NCBI GenBank assembly: GCA_965248635.1
Contig: OZ252114.1
Location: 213,838-277,837, forward strand
Origin: Acidobacteriota bacterium
Lineage (GTDB): Bacteria > Acidobacteriota > UBA6911 > RPQK01 > CBDAPI01
Direction of reading: 5' to 3'
DNA: 64,000 bases
Shown here: in pieces, positions 10,003 through 18,879 of the stretch
Position numbering within the stretch: the stretch's first letter is position 1
Layout: each line of letters opens with the position of its first letter
Notes under the pieces: generated by a model
The model's input: the letters and a program-made list of their open reading frames with translations, nothing else
The model's database searches: none
Told to the model about the DNA's origin: nothing
Program-made: the position numbers and the translations under genes

Positions 10003-11171
10003 ATGACCAACGCCCCCGGAACAGAAAAAGAGCACGGTTCATTGCTCGTGGTTGATGACGATGAGATGAACAGGGTCATGCTGTCACGTCTTCTGACACG
10101 AGGCGGCTATGCAGTCACTGAAGCAAGCGACGGTGCCGCGGCCCTCGAGCTGGTCGAAAAACATTCGTTTGACCTCGTCTTGTTGGACATTTTGATGCCG
10201 GGCATCGACGGACTGCAGGTTCTCGAAAACCTGCGCAGGACCCGCTCGGTGGCCGAGCTTCCCATCATAATGGCGACAGCGGAGGACAGCAGCAGCGACG
10301 TGGTCCGGGCCCTGAAGCTGGGCGCTAACGACTACGTCACGAAGCCCCTGGATTTTTCTGTAGTTCTCGCCCGGGTGCAGACCCAGTTGTCACTGAAGCG
10401 CGCCAAGGATGAGCTGGAGGCGACAAACGCCAGGATGAAAAGGGACCTTGAAGCGGCTGCTAAGGTGCAGCGGGCCCTGATGCCGAGCTCTTTGCCGGAA
10501 GTGCGAGAGTTCAGGTTTGTGTGGAATTTCGTTCCGTGTGACGAGCTGGGTGGCGATATTCTGGATGTTTTTCAGCTCGATGAGGACAGGATCGGTCTCT
10601 ATCTGCTGGACGTGAGTGGTCATGGCGTCCGGGCGGCTCTTCTCTCTGTCACTCTCAACCGACTGTTAGCACAAATGGCAGAGAGATCCCTTCAATTCGA
10701 GGAAGCGGGTGGGAGCCAGAGGGAAGCCCAGCTGCTGTCGCCCGCAGAAGTTGCCGCCCAATTGAACACCCGATTCCAGATGGACGACAGCCCCGGGGCG
10801 GTGCAATACTTTACCTTCGTGTACGGGATCTTGTACACGCGCGCCCTGACGGGGCTTCGATCCATCATCCGCAAGAAGGATTCGCCATCGGTTGGTTTCC
10901 TGACGCGACTTACCAGGAGTCTGTGATCGAGCTGAAGCCGGGTGATCGCCTCTATCTCTACTCCGATGGCATCCTGGAGGCGATGAACTCAGAGGATGAA
11001 CTCTTCGGTCCTGAACGACTTGTAGAGGCCCTTGAAAGAAGACGTACTTTGACCCTCCAGGGTAGCGTTGAGGGGTTGGTGGAGTGTGGTAGACAATGGT
11101 CTGGTGAGGCCGGTTTTGCCGATGACGTCTCGATACTGGCCCTCGAACGCGGAGGCGTCGAAACTCCTTAA
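10003..11171 (+). CDS. response-regulator receiver fused to PP2C/SpoIIE serine phosphatase (RsbU/RsbY/HsbR-like), frame change near 10835-10870
   Basis: REC domain (LLVVDDDEMNRVM...LLDILMPGIDG). PP2C motifs (LLDVSGHGVRAAL; PGDRLYLYSDGILEA). The ORF 10003..10926 and the frame carrying 10923..11171 overlap without a stop for ~120 nt, so a single indel reconciles them. Confidence 0.7.
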
Positions 11172-11510
11172 GCGAGTCGTGGGCTGTGCTATCTGGTTCT
11201 TGGCCGGCATCATCTATTTCGCGATCCACGCCCGTCATTACATGGTGCTGTCTCCGGAGGAAGAGTTCGCCATGAATCAAAGGGAAAGGCCTGGGGAAAC
11301 CGCTGTCTGAGTGCTCCCGAACAGCCGTTTGCGAGGGCAACACTTGGAAGATTAACATGCAGAGATCGCTAATCCAGGAGGTTGCATCCAATGATCGCCA
11401 TGAATCTCGTACAAACCATAACCGACGGTTTCGCAAGGTCGCGATTCCTCGCAAACTCGACTGAAAAACTGCCTCCACAAGAGGGAAATCGGCGCCCAGC
11501 GCCCAGGTTC

Positions 11511-12797
11511 ATGTTCTCGCGGAACGGAGTGTTGGGCGGATGGAGCCAAGCCGTCTTCATAGCCTCTTTGTTGCTTGCACACACAGGGGTCGAGGATGCG
11601 AGGGCACAAGGGCCCATCGCTCGCCTCGAAGATCTGCTGGCCCTGGCTCGGGAACACAACCCGCAGCTCCATGCGGCCCAACGGAGATGGGAGGCGATGA
11701 CCAAGGTTCCGAGGCAGACGGGCAGTCTGCCCGACCCGGCAGTCTCCGTCCGAAACTTCGGGGTAGGCCACCCTTTCTCCACCTTGAACACCAGCAACTT
11801 CGCTTTTGTCAGTCTCGGCGTCTCGCAGCAAATCCCCTTTCCAGGAAAACAGAGGCTGAGATCGGACATGGCGAGAGAGGACGCCTTGGCCGAGAAGGAG
11901 CGTTACCGCCAGCTGGAGTTGGAGGTGCTGTCCCAGGTCAAGACTGCCTACTATGACTACTCTTACTTCGCGAAGGCATTGGAGACGGTGGCCAGGACGC
12001 GCGATCTAATGCTCAGCTTCGAGAAGATCGCGGGGGCGCGATACTCCGTGGGAAAAGGCCTTCAACAGGACGTGCTGCGGGCTCAGCTCGAACTTACGGG
12101 GCTGCGGGAGCGAGAGGAGATTTTCCGTCAGCACCAGGGGAGCGCACAAGCTGCGATCAACACTTTGGTGGACCGCGAGCCCGGCGCGCTTTTGGGTTCG
12201 CCGGAAGAGGTCGAGCAGGCGCCTTTTCCAGCCGAAGTGACCAAGCTCTACGAACAGATGCAGCACAATTCTCCAGTATTGCGGGAGCGGGAACACCAGG
12301 TGGGCCGCAATGCCCTGGCCGTAGATCTATCTCGCAAGAATTATTTTCCCGATATGCGGGCCGGGTTTGAGTGGCAACACACGGGATCGATGTTCCGGGA
12401 CTACTACGTTGCAGCTTTCGAGGTCAGAGTGCCGCTCTATTTTTGGCGCAAGCAACGTTTAGGAGCCGAAGAAGCCTCTGCCCGACTGATCGAGTCGCGC
12501 CGATCCTACAGGGCTGCGACCCAGGAACTCCTGTTTCAAGCCAAAGACCAGTTCTTACAGGCCCGCGCCTCGGACCGTCTGCTATCGCTTTACAAAACCG
12601 CCCTGATTCCGCAAACCACCCTGACACTGGAGTCAGCCATTTCAAGCTATGAAGTGGGATCGGTGGACTTCCTGACTCTGGTGAGTGCTGCTATCGTATT
12701 ACTCGACTATGAGCTGGAGTATTACAGTCAGCTTGCTACCTATCAGAAGGCGCTGGCCCTTCTGGAACCCATAGTCGGTATGACGCTTATTCCCTGA
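11511..12797 (+). CDS. outer-membrane efflux factor (TolC/CusC/CzcC family)
   Basis: OEP-family repeats and a signal peptide beginning at the ATG at 11511 (MFSRNGVLGGWSQAVFIASLLLAHTGVEDARA). The ORF track extends to a TTG at 11382. Followed by the adaptor and RND pump. Confidence 0.7.
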   Translation: MFSRNGVLGGWSQAVFIASLLLAHTGVEDARAQGPIARLEDLLALAREHNPQLHAAQRRWEAMTKVPRQTGSLPDPAVSVRNFGVGHPFSTLNTSNFAFVSLGVSQQIPFPGKQRLRSDMAREDALAEKERYRQLELEVLSQVKTAYYDYSYFAKALETVARTRDLMLSFEKIAGARYSVGKGLQQDVLRAQLELTGLREREEIFRQHQGSAQAAINTLVDREPGALLGSPEEVEQAPFPAEVTKLYEQMQHNSPVLREREHQVGRNALAVDLSRKNYFPDMRAGFEWQHTGSMFRDYYVAAFEVRVPLYFWRKQRLGAEEASARLIESRRSYRAATQELLFQAKDQFLQARASDRLLSLYKTALIPQTTLTLESAISSYEVGSVDFLTLVSAAIVLLDYELEYYSQLATYQKALALLEPIVGMTLIP

Positions 12798-12811
12798 AGA
12801 GAGCTTGCAAG

Positions 12812-14218
12812 ATGGGGGCAGACGAGAAGGGTTTTGGTCGTTTAGCAGTTGCGTTGCTGCTGATGGCAGCTGCCGTGGGCTGTGGCCTTAATCGAACAGG
12901 CGCGCCTTCGGATGACCACGACACTGCTACGAGCGGGGCGGCAGTGATCGACTACTGGACCTGCACTATGCACCCTTCGGTCAAGCTGAAGGAGCCTGGC
13001 ACCTGTCCGATCTGCGGCATGAACCTGGAGGCGGTCAAGAGACAGGAGGCAGCCGCACAGGAGCCCAGCATCTACTGGACCTGTACCATGCACCTTTCAG
13101 TCAAGATGAAGGAACCCGGCACCTGCCCGATTTGCGGCATGAACCTGGAGCAAGTCAAGAAACAGGGGAGGCCGAAGGGCGATGATTCGGGTGAAGCTGC
13201 GAGTTCCATGTTCACCGTCGAACCGATCCGCCAGCAGTTGATCGGAGTCCGCCTGGAACCGGTGGTCATGCGGAGTTTGGACAGGAGCATAACGACCGTG
13301 GGCACCGTGGACCTGGACGAGACCCGTATTACCCACTTCCACACCAAGTACCGCGGCTGGATAAGCAAAGTTTTTGTCAACTATACCTGGCAGCGTGTCA
13401 ACAAAGGGGATCCGCTTTTCTCTCTCTACAGTCCAGAATTGGTTGCCACGCAGGAAGAGTTCCTGCTGGCCCTCAAGGCTCAGCGTACTCTCGGCGACCA
13501 CCCCCTCGAAGAGGTGGCGACGGGCGCCCGCTCACTACTGACCGCTGCCAGGAGGCGCCTGCTGCTGTGGGATGTCACTGAAGGGCAGCTCGACGAACTG
13601 GCGCGGACGGGAGAAGTGCAGAAGGATCTGATTGTTTATTCAACGGTTGAGGGGCATGTGACCCATAGGAACGCCTTTGAAAACATGCTGGTCGAACCAG
13701 GAACGAGGCTCTATACCGTGGCCGATCATTCCCGCGTGTGGGTGCACGTCGAGGTTTATGAGAACGACATTTCCCTGGTCCGCCGGGGGCAGCATGCCGT
13801 GATGACTGTGGACGCCTATCCGGGTAGGCGACTTGCCGGCAAGGTGACCTACATCTGGCCCCATCTTTCGGAAGCCACTCGCACTCTGAGAGTGCGACTG
13901 GAGTTTGCCAATCCGGATTCAATACTCAAGCCGGGAATGTACGCCCAGGTCAGACTCTACGTTTCGCGACACACGGCCATGGTGGTCCCGACCAGCGCAG
14001 TTTTGCGGACTGGTGAGCGCGACATCGTCTTTATAAGTCATGGACAAGGACGCATGGAAGCACGACGCATTGAGGTAGGCGGGCGTTTCGAGGATTTCTA
14101 TGAGGTCAGCAGGGGTCTGAAGCTCGGTGAAGAGGTCGTGGCGGCCGCAAACTTCTTGATTGACGCCGAGAGTCAAGTACAAGGTGCGATTGCAAGCTGG
14201 GGCGGAGCGGAACGCTGA
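12812..14218 (+). CDS. efflux RND periplasmic adaptor (CusB/CzcB family) with two tandem N-terminal heavy-metal-binding modules
   Basis: Module YWTCTMHP(S/L)VK(L/M)KEPGTCPICGMNLE occurs twice (DNA 12950-13030 and 13075-13150, ~85% identical). Then the HlyD-like beta-barrel/MP domain typical of CusB. Confidence 0.8.
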   Translation: MGADEKGFGRLAVALLLMAAAVGCGLNRTGAPSDDHDTATSGAAVIDYWTCTMHPSVKLKEPGTCPICGMNLEAVKRQEAAAQEPSIYWTCTMHLSVKMKEPGTCPICGMNLEQVKKQGRPKGDDSGEAASSMFTVEPIRQQLIGVRLEPVVMRSLDRSITTVGTVDLDETRITHFHTKYRGWISKVFVNYTWQRVNKGDPLFSLYSPELVATQEEFLLALKAQRTLGDHPLEEVATGARSLLTAARRRLLLWDVTEGQLDELARTGEVQKDLIVYSTVEGHVTHRNAFENMLVEPGTRLYTVADHSRVWVHVEVYENDISLVRRGQHAVMTVDAYPGRRLAGKVTYIWPHLSEATRTLRVRLEFANPDSILKPGMYAQVRLYVSRHTAMVVPTSAVLRTGERDIVFISHGQGRMEARRIEVGGRFEDFYEVSRGLKLGEEVVAAANFLIDAESQVQGAIASWGGAER

Positions 14219-17200
14219 TTAACCGAATCATTGACTACTGCGCCCGGAACCGCTTCCTGGTTCTGCTGTCTGTCGGTTTCCTGACTGCCTGGGGCGCCTG
14301 GTCCATATACAACGTCACGCTGGATGCCATCCCGGATCTATCCGATGTCCAGATTATTGTCTTCACTGAGTGGCCCGGTCGCAGCCCCGATCTGGTGGAA
14401 GACCAGATCACCTACCCGATTGTCACTTCCCTGCTGGCGGCACCCAGGGTGCAGTTCGTGCGAGCACAATCGTTCTTTGGCCTTTCGTTCGTCTACGTCA
14501 TTTTCGACGACGGCACCGACATGTACTGGGCGCGGAGCCGCGTGCTGGAGTACATGCAAAGCATCCTGGGCAGCCTGCCTGAGGGGGTGACCCCCAGGCT
14601 GGGTCCGGACGCCACCGGCGTCGGGTGGGTGTACCAGTACGTTCTCCTGGACGAGACGGGGCGTTACAACCTCGCTGAGCTGCGAAGCTTTCAGGATTGG
14701 TACCTGAAGTACTGGTTGCAGGGAGTACCAGGCGTGGCGGAGGTAGCCAGTGTCGGCGGCTACGTCAAGCAATATCAGATCACTCTGGACCCTGACAAAT
14801 TGCGCGCTTACAACGTTCCACTGCGCAGGGTGATCGACGCCGTTCGGAGGAGCAATAACGATGTCGGGGGCAAAACCCTGGAGATCGCGACCACCGAGTA
14901 CTTTGTGCGGGGACGGGGTTATGTCCGCTCGATTCGTGATCTCGAAACCGTCCCGGTGGGTACCGACGGGCGGGGAACACCGGTCTATATCAGGGACCTC
15001 GGCCAGGTGACGCTTGGTCCCGACATTCGTCGCGGACTCGCCGAGTGGAACGGGCAGGGGGAAGTTGTGGGGGGCATCGTTGTGATGCGCTTCGGGGAGA
15101 ATGCTCTGGACGTCATCGAGAGAGTGAAGACGAGACTCGATGAAGTTCAAGGCTCTCTGCCCCAGGGCGTCAAGATTGTTCCCTCCTACGATCGCTCAGA
15201 GTTGATTCTTCGGTCCATCAAGAACCTCACGGACACCCTCAAGGAAGAAATTGCGATCGTCAGTATCATTATTATCCTTTTCTTACTGCACCTTCCCAGC
15301 GCGCTCCTGCCCATCGTCACGATTCCTATCGCCATCATTTTGTCTTTTATCCCGATGTACTACATGGGGCTCACGGCCAACATCATGTCGCTGGGCGGCA
15401 TTGCTATCGCAATCGGTGCGCTGGTGGACGCCTCGATCGTGGTCGTGGAGCAAACTCGCAAGAAGCTCGAGCAGTGGGACGCTGAAGGGCGTAAGGAGCC
15501 GCCTGGAGAGGTCATCATTGGGGCGGTGAAAGAGGTAGCCGGTCCCAGCTTCTTTTCGCTGCTGGTCATCGCCGTCGCCTTTCTCCCGATATTCACGCTC
15601 TCGGCTCAGGAAGGCCGACTGTTCAAGCCCCTCGCCTTCACTAAGAACTTTTCGATGGCCTTCGCTGCCATTCTCGCCATCACCCTCATGCCGGCTCTCA
15701 TCACACTGGTTTCCCGGGTACGACCATTCTCTTTTCGTCCTCGTTTGCTTTCGGCAGTACTGAATGTGGTCTGGGTGGGGAAGATTCAACCCGAAGAAAA
15801 GCATCCTCTGAGCCGGTTTATGATTGCTCTTTACCGGCCCGTAGTGGATGTGGTGTTGCGCTTCAAATGGACTGTGCTGGCACTGGCGGTCTTGGCGGTG
15901 GCTCTGACCGTTCCCATCTATCTGCAGCTCGGCTCCGAGTTTATGCCCCCCCTCAACGAAGGCTCGATTCTGTTCATGCCGACTTCGGTGCCGGGCATGT
16001 CCATCACCGAAGCATCCCGGATTCTCCAAACCCAGGATAAGATCCTCTCACAATTTCCTGAGGTTGAGAGTGTTTTCGGCAAGATCGGACGCTCCAGTAC
16101 CCCCACTGATCCCGCCCCGCTCAGCATGGTGGAGACGACAGTGCTCTTGAAACCGGCAGCGGAGTGGCGGACCGTCCAGCAAGAGCGCTGGTATTCCAGT
16201 TGGGCTCCCGAGCAACTGAAGGACGTTCTGCGGCGCCTCTGGCCCGAAGTGCGGCCGATGACCTGGGACGAGCTGGTCGAAGACATGGGCCCCAAGGTCA
16301 AGTTTCCCGGGATGGCCAACATCTGGTGGATGCCCGTCCAGACACGGACGGAAATGTTGGCCACAGGCATGCGCAGCAACCTGGGCATCAAAATCTTTGG
16401 ACCCGACCTGGCCAGGAGCGAAGAGATTGGCATACAGATCGAAGAGGCTCTCACCGACGTGCCAGGCACCCGCAGCGTCTTTGCCGAGCGCGTCACCGGG
16501 GGTTACTTTGTCGATATCGAGGTCAACCGCGAGGCAGCGGCACGCTATGGTCTCACCGTGGGCGATGTCCAGGACATCATCGAGACCGCCATCGGCGGTA
16601 AGACCATTGCTCACACAGTGGAAGGGCGCGAGCGTTATCCAATCAGTATCCGGTATCCCCGCGAGCTGCGTGACGACATCGACAAGCTGAGCCAGGTGTT
16701 GGTAGCAACACCGACTGGAGTACAGATCCCCATATCCCTGGTCACCGATGTTTACTACAGCAAGGGTGCCCCTCAGATCCGCGATGAGGGCGGCCAGCTC
16801 GTGGCCTTCGTCTTCGTCGATGTCTCTCACAAGAATTACGAAGGCTACATCCAACACGCCAAGCAAGTTGTACGAGAGAAAGTAGATCTGCCCGCTGGAT
16901 ACCGCATCGAGTGGGCCGGTCAGTACAAATATCTGATCCGCACCCGGGAGCATCTCAAGGTGATCCTGCCTTTGACGCTTTTCATTATCGTGGTGCTCCT
17001 CTATCTCAACACTCGCTCTCTCATCAAAGCCTCGATCATTCTGCTCGCGGTGCCGTTTTCAGCAATCGGGGCGATCTGGCTCCTCTACCTGCTCGGTTAT
17101 AACATGAGCATAGCAGTATGGGTCGGTCTGATCGCCCTGCTGGGCGTGGATGCGGAGACTGGCGTTTTCATGCTCCTGTACCTCGACCTGGCCTACGAAG

Positions 17201-17496
17201 AGCGGCGGGAAAAGGGCCTCATGCACTCAATGGCGGACCTGAAAGAGGCAATCATCGAAGGAGCCGTGAAAAGAGTTCGCCCCAAGGTGATGACGGTGGC
17301 AACAACCTTTATCGCACTGGTGCCCATCATGTGGTCCACTGGCACGGGGGCGGACGTGATGCGCCGCATCGCCGCACCCGTGGTTGGTGGAATACTCACT
17401 TCCTTCCTCATGGAACTCCTGGTGTATCCAGCCATTTACGAGATCTGGAGGGGGGTTTCGATTCGCCGTGCTATGAAGGATGTCTCGCATGCTTAA
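14215..17496 (+). CDS. heavy-metal efflux RND permease (CusA/CzcA, HME family)
   Basis: 1033+ aa with 12-TM RND architecture and strong CusA/CzcA-like sequence. The ORF track starts at GTG 14395. The same frame is open back to 14218 and reads (L)INRIIDYCARNRFLVLL, the canonical CusA N-terminus. Probable CTG/ATT start overlapping the cusB stop (cTGA). Confidence 0.8.
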   Translation: MINRIIDYCARNRFLVLLSVGFLTAWGAWSIYNVTLDAIPDLSDVQIIVFTEWPGRSPDLVEDQITYPIVTSLLAAPRVQFVRAQSFFGLSFVYVIFDDGTDMYWARSRVLEYMQSILGSLPEGVTPRLGPDATGVGWVYQYVLLDETGRYNLAELRSFQDWYLKYWLQGVPGVAEVASVGGYVKQYQITLDPDKLRAYNVPLRRVIDAVRRSNNDVGGKTLEIATTEYFVRGRGYVRSIRDLETVPVGTDGRGTPVYIRDLGQVTLGPDIRRGLAEWNGQGEVVGGIVVMRFGENALDVIERVKTRLDEVQGSLPQGVKIVPSYDRSELILRSIKNLTDTLKEEIAIVSIIIILFLLHLPSALLPIVTIPIAIILSFIPMYYMGLTANIMSLGGIAIAIGALVDASIVVVEQTRKKLEQWDAEGRKEPPGEVIIGAVKEVAGPSFFSLLVIAVAFLPIFTLSAQEGRLFKPLAFTKNFSMAFAAILAITLMPALITLVSRVRPFSFRPRLLSAVLNVVWVGKIQPEEKHPLSRFMIALYRPVVDVVLRFKWTVLALAVLAVALTVPIYLQLGSEFMPPLNEGSILFMPTSVPGMSITEASRILQTQDKILSQFPEVESVFGKIGRSSTPTDPAPLSMVETTVLLKPAAEWRTVQQERWYSSWAPEQLKDVLRRLWPEVRPMTWDELVEDMGPKVKFPGMANIWWMPVQTRTEMLATGMRSNLGIKIFGPDLARSEEIGIQIEEALTDVPGTRSVFAERVTGGYFVDIEVNREAAARYGLTVGDVQDIIETAIGGKTIAHTVEGRERYPISIRYPRELRDDIDKLSQVLVATPTGVQIPISLVTDVYYSKGAPQIRDEGGQLVAFVFVDVSHKNYEGYIQHAKQVVREKVDLPAGYRIEWAGQYKYLIRTREHLKVILPLTLFIIVVLLYLNTRSLIKASIILLAVPFSAIGAIWLLYLLGYNMSIAVWVGLIALLGVDAETGVFMLLYLDLAYEERREKGLMHSMADLKEAIIEGAVKRVRPKVMTVATTFIALVPIMWSTGTGADVMRRIAAPVVGGILTSFLMELLVYPAIYEIWRGVSIRRAMKDVSHA

Positions 17497-18160
17497 GATT
17501 TTGCTTACTTTGCTTCTATGTGCTGCCGGCGCAGCTCAGGCGGCCGTAGAGTTTCAGTTCAAGGTGGCTCGCAGCAAGTCTCTGCGAGATGAATCTGGGC
17601 AGTTGACGCTCGGTGATGAAGGGATCACCTATCGGTCGGACAACGGAAAGACCTCGCTGCGGTTTGCTTACGCCGACATCCGGAAAGCAGATCTGTCACG
17701 GCCGAACCTGATTCGACTGCGTCTCTATGATCGGTTGAAGCGGAAGCTCGGGGGCAATCGCAGCTATGAATTTCGTTTGAAGGAGGACGTTGCCGATTCG
17801 AGACTTGCCCGCTTCCTGATCCAGCGTCTGGAGCGCCCCCTGATAGGTTTCTACGAGCTTGCGGGCCAATCTTCCGGGGAGATTCCGGTTTATCATCGCC
17901 ATCGACTTCGCGGGTGCCATGGGGTACTTCGCATAGTGGAGGAAGGCATTCAGTTCGTGAGTGAAAAATCAGCCGATTCTCGAAGCTGGCTGTATCAGGA
18001 CCTGGAAACGATCGGCAGTTTGAGGCCCTTTAACCTGCGCGTCCGGTCTTTTGTAGAGACGTATACTTTTGATCTGAAAGACAGGGTGCCTGAGGAGACG
18101 TACCGCCTGATCTGGCAGCGCATCCACAATCGGCAAACCAGTAGAGCCGATGGGAACTGA
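17480..18160 (+). CDS. secreted hypothetical protein with two repeated ~90-aa domains
   Basis: Signal peptide MSRMLKILLTLLLCAAGAAQA. Internal repeat (…GITYRSDNGKTSLRFAYADIRKADLSRPNLIRLRLYD… / …GIQFVSEKSADSRSWLYQDLETIGSLRPFNLRVRSFVE…). Overlaps the cusA stop by 17 nt. Confidence 0.4.
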   Translation: MSRMLKILLTLLLCAAGAAQAAVEFQFKVARSKSLRDESGQLTLGDEGITYRSDNGKTSLRFAYADIRKADLSRPNLIRLRLYDRLKRKLGGNRSYEFRLKEDVADSRLARFLIQRLERPLIGFYELAGQSSGEIPVYHRHRLRGCHGVLRIVEEGIQFVSEKSADSRSWLYQDLETIGSLRPFNLRVRSFVETYTFDLKDRVPEETYRLIWQRIHNRQTSRADGN

Positions 18161-18255
18161 GGACGTTGATGCGAGATTCATGGCGATCATCGGACTCAAC
18201 TCCTTCGATGAACTCTCGTTCCCGTTAAGAGGACGGAGTTTCTTTGTCGAGCTTC

Positions 18256-18879
18256 TCAGTCCGCCACCGAGACGCTTATTTCCTCACTGTTGGTCCGGAT
18301 CTCGGGGACGTACATGGCGTAGCCCAGCAAGGGCAGGGCATGAAAGTCACCGGGAGTTTCCGCGCGCAGTTCATAGCGCAGCTCCCAGAAACCCTCGGGG
18401 AGCTTGTCGATGAAGAATGCAACCTTCCGGTCACGAAGTTCGCGGTGCACCCACCGGGTCCTCCCCGTCAGGCGACTCTGATCGGTTCCCGAAATGCTCT
18501 GTTCCCCGGGGGACGCCTCACCCGAGATGGCACTCGACCTCAACTGCCGGGCGTAGACCGGGCCTCCACTGCGCAGGGCAACAGCTTCCAGGCCGGCCGG
18601 CTTCAGGTCTTCGAACACCAGGTACTCATAGTTGTTCTTGGCCTCGATCCTGAGTACGACTTCGAGGCGCTCGCCGCTCTTGAGGGTATCTCCATCCTTC
18701 ACTCGGACTCGTTCCAGGACGTGCCCGTTCAAGAGCGTCGGCCGAGGCACCAGTCGGTAGTACTCGCGCTGGCTGAAGATCTCATAGCCCTCCGCCTGGA
18801 TGGGCTCTTCAAGGCTGAAGAATCGGGCTTCAACCATGTAGTCAGAGAGGAGCCTCGCCATCGGTTCGCCGGATCTCAA
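18256..18879 (-). CDS. alpha-2-macroglobulin C-terminal (receptor-binding-like) piece
   Basis: 207-aa ORF overlapping the previous piece by 38 nt in another frame. Its position and beta-rich sequence fit the A2M C-terminal domain. Confidence 0.55.
   Translation of the reverse strand: MRSGEPMARLLSDYMVEARFFSLEEPIQAEGYEIFSQREYYRLVPRPTLLNGHVLERVRVKDGDTLKSGERLEVVLRIEAKNNYEYLVFEDLKPAGLEAVALRSGGPVYARQLRSSAISGEASPGEQSISGTDQSRLTGRTRWVHRELRDRKVAFFIDKLPEGFWELRYELRAETPGDFHALPLLGYAMYVPEIRTNSEEISVSVAD

Noticed and set aside
10666-11478. 270-aa minus-strand ORF
   Set aside because: Antisense to the REC-PP2C gene and its 3' intergenic region. Low-complexity Arg/Pro-rich translation.
14338-16953. Several 250-300-aa minus-strand ORFs (14338..15150, 15283..16029, 16048..16953)
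   Set aside because: All lie antisense within the cusA RND gene and are Arg/Gly/Pro-rich shadow ORFs.
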